Below are positions 58,287-64,000 of a stretch of DNA of 64,000 bases, piece by piece (positions within the stretch are counted from its first letter, which is position 1; the number at the start of each line of letters is the position of its first letter). A program made the translations under genes and the position numbers. Under the pieces are notes generated by a model. The model saw only the letters and a list, made by a program, of their open reading frames with translations. It ran no database searches and had not been told where the DNA came from. The stretch comes from an uncultured Chloroflexia bacterium (lineage in GTDB: Bacteria; Chloroflexota; Dehalococcoidia; UBA2979), in assembly GCA_963728205.1 (NCBI GenBank), contig CAVSIV010000006.1, forward strand, positions 544,001 to 608,000, in the 5' to 3' direction.

Positions 58287-60265
58287 CTACCGCGCCGACT
58301 CCGGCGGCTCGAACGCGACGTACCGGTCGTGGTCGAGCGCGCCCCGGTAGAGCGATACCTGCGCCTGGCCGGCGTTGCCGGCGTTCGTGTTTTCGAGCAC
58401 CTCGACGGTGCCGGGCGTGAACCCGCCCTGCTTCCAGAACAGCACCCCCTGCAGCGGGTCCGCCGACTTCGGGCGGTACGTGATGCGCACGCTGCGCTGC
58501 TGCCCGTCGTCGACGGCGAGGAAGCCGGACACGACCGTCAGCCCGTTCTCGTACGAGTAGCCGGGCGGGCTGTCGAAACCGGTGGCGGCGACCAGCTGCG
58601 ACCCCGGCAGCAGGTAGATGCGCGTGAAGTTGCCGAAGACGCCGGCGTCCTTTCGCAGCTTGCCCGCCTCGTAGTCGTAGATGCCACCGCCCACGCCGAA
58701 GCGCTTGTAGCGCGCGCCGTCGTAGGTGGAGACCTCGTTGCGCCACGTGATCAGCAGGTCGACGGTGCCGTCGCCGTGGCGCAGGTACGTGACGTCGCGG
58801 TGGATGGCCGGCTGGATCTTGTCGTACGAGAAGTTCGCGTCCACGACGCCGACGAAGTCCGCGTCCGCCCGCGGCTGCATCGCCCCCGACGCGCCGAAAC
58901 GGTCGACGAGCGACTGCGCCCGCGGGTCGGTGACGTAGACCTGCAGGTGGCGGCCGGCGACCGCCTGCTGGAGCGCCTTCAGCAGCGCCGGCACCTGGTC
59001 GTGGCTCGCCGACTGCGCCCGGCCGAGCAGGTCCTCGAGCACCGGCTGGAGGTACGCCTCCTTCGCGGCGCTATGGAGTGTGCTGCGGGCGTCGTAGATC
59101 GCGTTGTCCGCCTGCACAAACCAGTTCGCCTGCGTCAGCGGCTCGGGGAACTGCGGGACCGAGATCGGCCCGAACACCCCGAGCAGCAGCCCCACCATCT
59201 CCGAGTCGACGGCGATCACCCCGTCCGGCGCGAGGTGCTGATCGGCCTGCATGAACTGCAGCACCTGCCGGCCGCTGTCCGGGAAGTTCGGCCACCAGTT
59301 CGCCTCGCGCAGCAGCCACACCGACGAGCCGAGGTAGCGGATCATCGGGTCCGGCGGCGGGCGGTCCGGCAGCGGCTTCGGGTCGAAGTCGTACGACGAC
59401 CTGTAGTCCGACGACGCCACCTTCCCGTCCTTCACCGTGACGAGGCCCATCGTGCCGATGAACCCGCCCGTCGGCCGCAGCTCCTGGTCGTTCTGGCCGA
59501 CGACCACGTAGGTCTTCGGCGTGCCGAACCCGAGCAGCGCGTCGAACGCGACCCGCAGGTCGCCCGTGAGCCGGATCCCGTCGGGCACGCGGTCGAGGTC
59601 GCCCGACAGCTGCGCGAGCATGTGGCCCGCCGGCGCGAAGGGGCCGCGCCACGACATCGCCGCGAGGCGGTCGACGTCGGGCCGCGCGGCGTCGAGCTGC
59701 GCGAGGCCCGCGCCGAGCGCGTCGCCGTTCGTCACGAAGACGCCGCGCGCGAGGTCGACGAGCGTGCCGTGGCCGTCGAACAGCGGCGCCGTCGCGCCGA
59801 GCACCTCGTCGGTCGCGCCCGCGACCTGGTCGCCGACGCGCAGCACGTCGGGCGCGTGGGCGACGTCGGGGCCGACGACCGGCAGCCAGCCGAGCCACGG
59901 CGCGACGCGCAGCAGGTAGCCGAGGCGGGCGCGCGCGTCCTCGAGCTCCACGCCCGCCGCCGCCGTCTGCGTGCGCGCCCGCGTGAAGTCCTCGCCGCTC
60001 GGCCAGCCCTGCGGGTCGAAGTGGATGAGCGGCCGCAGCGTGCCCTCGACCGACAGCAGGTCCGCGCGCGCCGCGAGGAGGTGGCGGCGGGCGTCGCGGA
60101 CGCGGTGGAAGGCGTCGACGCCGGCGAACGCGAGGCGGCGAGGACGAGGACGACGACCGCGATGACGGCAAGCCGGCGCGCCGGGTGACGGCCGAGGAGA
60201 CGGGCGCCGAGCGCGAAGCGCGCCCGCCGGGTCGAGCGCCCGTCGCGCGACTCCTCGTTCAGCAT
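58287..60265 (-). CDS. DUF4012-like membrane-anchored protein, with a single frameshift near 60134
   Basis: QNDQELRPTGGFIG, LREANWWPNFP, DGVIAVD; N-terminal TM is in another frame from ATG 60265. Confidence 0.8.
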
Positions 60266-60365
60266 GCGTCGGACGGTAGCAAGGCGAGCCGCTGCGGGGC
60301 AGGTGGAAGTGGACGTGTCTCTAGAATGGTGGCGAAGCGCAACCAGGTGGGAGGTGGCGGCGCGC

Positions 60366-60608
60366 ATGCCGAGCATCACCATCAACAACGTGCCGGAAGA
60401 GCTGCTGCAACGGCTGCGAGCACGGGCGCAGGCGCATCGCCGCTCGCTCGACGCGGAACTGCTGACGATCCTCGAGCGGGCCGTGAGCCGCCGGGGCCGG
60501 CTGAGCATCGAGGAGCTCCGCGCCCGGATTGACGCGGTGGGCTTCCCGCCGCGCGACGAGGCCGCAGAGGTCGTGCGCAGCGGCCGCGATGCCCGCGCGG
60601 GTCGTTGA
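60366..60608 (+). CDS. Arc/FitA-like RHH antitoxin
   Basis: GGAGG RBS; SITINNVPEEL..LRARA..HRRSL..E...IL. Confidence 0.85.
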   Translation: MPSITINNVPEELLQRLRARAQAHRRSLDAELLTILERAVSRRGRLSIEELRARIDAVGFPPRDEAAEVVRSGRDARAGR

Positions 60609-60678
60609 CGCGTCGGCGCCGGTCACGCTCGACGGCGCACTCGCCGCGGTCGCGAACCGGCTTGGCGTGGGTGCGTGA
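60589..60678 (+). pseudogene. Internally deleted PIN toxin remnant
   Basis: MPARVVDASA joined directly to VTLDGALAAVANRLGV. Confidence 0.65.
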
Positions 60679-60742
60679 GTTATGACATCTCGCTCACGGT
60701 TCGTTGATGCTTTCGTGACCCGGCCGGGCGAACACTGGAAGC

Positions 60743-60901
60743 ATGATGACTGCGTACACACCACACGCGCGGCGGGTCGCGCCGGCCCGCCGGATTGCGG
60801 ACGAAGACGGCTCGCCGGCGCGGGGCATCCTGCTCGCCGTGGCGATCTCGGTCGCCGGGTTCTGGGCGCCGCTCGCCGTGCTGCTGGCCCGGCTGCGGTA
60901 G
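60743..60901 (+). CDS. Small membrane peptide, DGxPARGIL family (52 aa; below ORF-track cutoff)
   Basis: MMTAYTPHARRVAPARRIADEDGSPARGILLAVAISVAGFWAPLAVLLARLR. Confidence 0.72.
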   Translation: MMTAYTPHARRVAPARRIADEDGSPARGILLAVAISVAGFWAPLAVLLARLR

Positions 60902-60914
60902 GCGCGCGGCAGGC

Positions 60915-61032
60915 CACAGCGGCGGCATATCTGCCGCCCCACAGCGGCGGCAGATACGCCGCCGACAGGACGCGGACGCAGTCCGCGGCTGGCGCCGCGC
61001 TTCTGTCGGCGGCATATCTGCCGCCGCTGTGG
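60915..61032. repeat. REP family A doublet with partial extra arm
   Basis: Standard core GACAGGACGCGGACGCAGTCCGCGGCTGGCGCCGCGCTTCTGTC. Confidence 0.88.
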
Positions 61033-61057
61033 GTGCGGGTTCCGCGCACCAGCTGCC

Positions 61058-62176
61058 TCACGATCCACGGCGGGCCTGAAGCCCGCCGCGCGCCGGCCCG
61101 GTCAGCGACTCCACGAGGTCGGCGACGGCCACCTCTCCGCGCTCGGTGACGGGCTCGCGGGGCGGCAGCGCGAGCAGCGTCTCCACCGTCCCCCGCACCG
61201 CGTCCCGATCCCAACCGTCGGCGAAGTCGACGCTCGTGCCGTAGCCGCCGGCCGCGACGTCGCGCGCGATGCCGGACTCCTCCGCGGTGTGGAGGCCGCG
61301 CAGCACGAGCACGCGGCCGGGGCCGCGCAGCGTCTCGGCGATCGTGGAGTAGCCGGCCTTGGAGACGACCAGGCGCGAGGCGGCGAGCAGGTCCGGCCAG
61401 TAGACGTCGTCGGGCACGAGGTGGATGCCGCGCGGCAACCCCGCCCCGGCGCCGGCGAGCGACGCCGACGCGACCACCGGGATGCCGGCGCCGGCGCACG
61501 CCTCGGCGACCACCGCGAGCAGCTCGAGCGGCTGCTCGGCGGCGGGCGAGCGGCCCATCGCCCACGCCACGGGCGCCACGGACGGATCGAGCCCGTGGGC
61601 GCGGAGCGCGGCGCCGGCGTCCAGACGCGGCATGCGCGTGAGCAGGCCGACCGCGGACTGCTCGGCGACGGCGCCCAGCCCCGTCCCGAGCGGGAGGCGG
61701 CAGGCGACGTCGAAGCGGGCCACGCGCTCGCGCAGCGCGGCGACCTCGTCCGTCTCGCCGAGCAGCGACGCGTACTGCTCCTCCCACGAGAAGTTCGAGC
61801 AGAGCACCGACGCCGCGCCGCCGGCGCGCGCCAGGTCCGCGCCCCACGGCGTCGCGTCGGCGACGATCACGTCGGGGCGCCAGCCGGCGACGGCGGCGCG
61901 GACGGCAGCGTCGGGCTGCGCGAGCGACTCGCGCAGGCGCGCGCGCGTCGCGTCGGGGTCGACGCCCCGGCCCCCGGGGCGCACGACGAGGCCGCGGTCG
62001 AGCGCGGCGGCGCGCACGTCGGTCGCGGGGTGGCGCTCGCGCAGGCTCGCGGCGATCGCCTCGCCCGCGAGGACCAGCGTCGGCCAGCCGCGCCCCGCGA
62101 CCTCGTCGATCAGCGCCGACATCCGCCCGGCGTGTCCCCAGCCGTGATCGCTGATCAGCAGCGCGACCCGCACCAT
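61058..62176 (-). CDS. GT-B fold glycosyltransferase-like protein
   Basis: ISDHGWGHAGR, PDVIVAD, SNFSW, DLLAASRLVVSKAGYSTIAE. Confidence 0.85.
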   Translation of the reverse strand: MVRVALLISDHGWGHAGRMSALIDEVAGRGWPTLVLAGEAIAASLRERHPATDVRAAALDRGLVVRPGGRGVDPDATRARLRESLAQPDAAVRAAVAGWRPDVIVADATPWGADLARAGGAASVLCSNFSWEEQYASLLGETDEVAALRERVARFDVACRLPLGTGLGAVAEQSAVGLLTRMPRLDAGAALRAHGLDPSVAPVAWAMGRSPAAEQPLELLAVVAEACAGAGIPVVASASLAGAGAGLPRGIHLVPDDVYWPDLLAASRLVVSKAGYSTIAETLRGPGRVLVLRGLHTAEESGIARDVAAGGYGTSVDFADGWDRDAVRGTVETLLALPPREPVTERGEVAVADLVESLTGPARGGLQARRGS

Positions 62177-62362
62177 GCGCGGCTCCTCCCCGCAATCCGA
62201 CGAGGATCAGGGGGGATCCCCATAGGAACGAGCCGCGCCGGGCGACAGACTGGTGACGGGCCCGCGCACGCGACCGCCGCTATCCGCCGGACGGCCGCTG
62301 CCGATGATCCGTGTAGCGGGGTTTGTCCGCACCGAACGCACGCCCGCAGCAGGAGTGCCGCC

Positions 62363-62539
62363 ATGGCTGCCCTTCGCAAGGTCGAACCCGAAGACCGGCG
62401 CCCGCGCCTCAGCGTGGTCCCGCGCACGATCCCGATGGAGTCGCTGGACGGCTCCCCGGCGCGCGGGATCCTGATCGGCGTCGTGGTGTCGGTGGCCGCG
62501 TTCTGGCTCCCGGCGGCGGTGCTGATCCTCAACCGCTAG
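62363..62539 (+). CDS. Small membrane peptide, DGxPARGIL family (58 aa)
   Basis: AGGAG RBS; ESLDGSPARGILIGVVVSVAAFWLP. Confidence 0.75.
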   Translation: MAALRKVEPEDRRPRLSVVPRTIPMESLDGSPARGILIGVVVSVAAFWLPAAVLILNR

Positions 62540-63047
62540 TCCGCGCCGCCCAGAACTCCGTCAGCCACGTCTCCTGCGCCTCGGTGAGCTGCGTGCCCGG
62601 GCGCGCGACGCGCACCGCCTGCACGGCCTCGCGCAGGGAGAGCCCCTGCTGCTCGATCAGCAGCGCCGCGGCCACGGTCGGCGTGCGCTGGAGGCCCGCC
62701 TGGCAGTGCAGGTAGAGCAGCGCCGGCGCGCCGCCCGCCGGCTCCTCCGCGCGGAACCAGCGCAGCAACTCCAGCACCATCAGCCGCGTCGGCGCCTCGC
62801 GGTCGCGCACCGGGAAGCGGCGCCAGCGCACCCCGATCCGCTCCATGAACACCGGGTCATCCAGCGCCTCCTCGCGGAGGTCGGCGATCGCCGTGACGCC
62901 GGCCTGCTCGACCAGCGTGCCGTACTCGTCGCGGTCGAGCGCCGGCCCGATCAGGAGCCACGGCGCGGGACGCCCGATCGCGTGCGCGATCGAACTGTGG
63001 CCGCCCCCGGTGAGCCGCCCCCACAACCGGGAGAGTGCGTCGGTCAT
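62529..63047 (-). CDS. Dual-specificity/Cys-based protein phosphatase
   Basis: HCQAGLQRT (HCx5R), PVRD general-acid loop, VRVARP. Confidence 0.88.
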   Translation of the reverse strand: MTDALSRLWGRLTGGGHSSIAHAIGRPAPWLLIGPALDRDEYGTLVEQAGVTAIADLREEALDDPVFMERIGVRWRRFPVRDREAPTRLMVLELLRWFRAEEPAGGAPALLYLHCQAGLQRTPTVAAALLIEQQGLSLREAVQAVRVARPGTQLTEAQETWLTEFWAARTSG

Positions 63048-63110
63048 GACGGGCGGGATGGTAGCGCTTGCGGAGCCGCGCCGCGCCCCGGGACGTGTCG
63101 GGACGTCAAT

Positions 63111-63190
63111 TCAAGCGGCGGCAGCATGCCGCCGATACTGGCGTGGCCCGGGGGCCGCGGTGGCATCGGCGGCATGCTGCCGCCGCTTGA
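63111..63190. repeat. REP family A variant doublet (CAGCATG subtype)
   Basis: Perfect 26-nt inverted arms. Confidence 0.88.
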
Positions 63191-63197
63191 CTACGGG

Positions 63198-64000
63198 CTA
63201 CGGGGTGGCCGTGGGCGGGGGGCGCGTGGAGGCGGGGGGTGCGGGCTCGGCATCCGACCCGGACTCGGCGTCGGGGTCGGCGGGGACGGGGCGTCGGGCG
63301 GCGACGCCGTTGATCTCGCGCTCGGCGCGGCGCAGCTCGCGCTCGTCGCGCTCGAGGTGGACCGCGCCGTTGCCGTTCGTCTCGACCGGCGGCGCCGCCT
63401 CGGGCTCGCCGGCCTCGGCGCGGCGCGCGAGCTGGGCGTCGCCGCGCACGCGGTCGAGCCGCTCGCGGGTGGAGTCGACGTACGCCTGGCGATACTCGGA
63501 GTGGTAGTAGGCGGTGTGCTTGCGCTGCACGCGGTTGATCACGACGCCGGCGAGCGGGTGGCCGGAGAGCGCGAGGTCCTCCACAGCGGCGCGTAGCGCC
63601 GGCGTGCGGGTCTTGCCGCCGCGCACGACGAGCACCGTCGCGTCCACCTCGGTGGCGAGCACCGACGCGTCGGTGACGGCGAGGATCGGCGGGCTGTCGA
63701 TCAGCAGCAGGTCGAAGCGCGCGCGCAGCTGCGAGAGCACCTGCTTCATGCGCGTGGAGCCGAGCAGCTCCGACGGGTTCGCCGGGACCGGGCCCGAGGT
63801 CAGCACGGAGACGTTGGGGTACGCGGTGCGGTGGACGGTGCGCTCGGCCTCGGCGCCGCGGCCGGCCAGCAGCGTGGTCAGGCCCTCGGCGTTGTCGAGC
63901 CCGAACAGGCGGTGCTGCACCGGGCGGCGCAGGTCGGCGTCGATCACGCAGACGCGCAGGCCGGCCAGCCCGAACACGACCGCGAGGTTGCCGACCGTCG
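63198..64000 (-). CDS. BY-kinase (CpsD/CapB/Wzc-type), C-terminal part; starts beyond window
   Basis: VIDADLRRP (Walker A'), PANPSELL, LIDSPP (Walker B), Tyr cluster AYYHSEYRQAY. Confidence 0.92.
   Translation of the reverse strand, partial: TVGNLAVVFGLAGLRVCVIDADLRRPVQHRLFGLDNAEGLTTLLAGRGAEAERTVHRTAYPNVSVLTSGPVPANPSELLGSTRMKQVLSQLRARFDLLLIDSPPILAVTDASVLATEVDATVLVVRGGKTRTPALRAAVEDLALSGHPLAGVVINRVQRKHTAYYHSEYRQAYVDSTRERLDRVRGDAQLARRAEAGEPEAAPPVETNGNGAVHLERDERELRRAEREINGVAARRPVPADPDAESGSDAEPAPPASTRPPPTATP

Noticed and set aside
801-61032. Recurring peptides such as KRRQICRR, AAADMPPT and SAAYLPPL as a protein family
   Set aside because: They are the different-frame translations of the REP family A arms.
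57-63596. Numerous long Arg/Ala/Pro-rich ORFs (e.g. 51630-54854 minus, 13869-16829 minus, 35369-38128 plus)
   Set aside because: Antisense or alternate-frame shadows of real genes, expected at this GC content.
1-64000. tRNA or rRNA genes
   Set aside because: No cloverleaf or rRNA-like segments recognised by eye; tRNAscan/Infernal not run.

Overview
Very GC-rich bacterial chromosomal window. The gene content (class F sortases, a GAAC-N4-GTTC LexA box, LLM oxidoreductase, leaderless genes) suggests a monoderm, probably Chloroflexota/Dehalococcoidia-like; this is inference. It holds about 55 credible genes, and most long ORFs in the supplied track are GC-driven shadow frames. Main loci: transketolase (partial), Leu/Val dehydrogenase, a 2-oxoacid/acetoin dehydrogenase E1a-E1b-E2 cluster, a six-repeat surface protein followed by three tandem class F sortases, an amtB-glnK operon with two uncharacterised upstream genes, a DtxR-type-box efeU/efeO iron uptake pair, a LexA-box imuB/ImuB-C/dnaE2 cassette (dnaE2 heavily frameshifted), three intact and two decayed PIN/VapBC modules, malate synthase, a histidine kinase, a class A PBP and the edge of a BY-kinase polysaccharide locus. 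Standout observations: (1) a complete IS110 element whose CT-bounded ends, circle-junction promoter and candidate bridge-RNA guides can be read from the sequence; (2) the triple-sortase/PAATG substrate system; (3) three paralogous small membrane peptides with a DGxPARGIL motif around the polysaccharide genes; (4) a dense REP/REPIN-like palindrome family at over 20 loci, with nested, gene-enclosing and in-frame intragenic forms. All coordinates were read by hand and no database searches were run.
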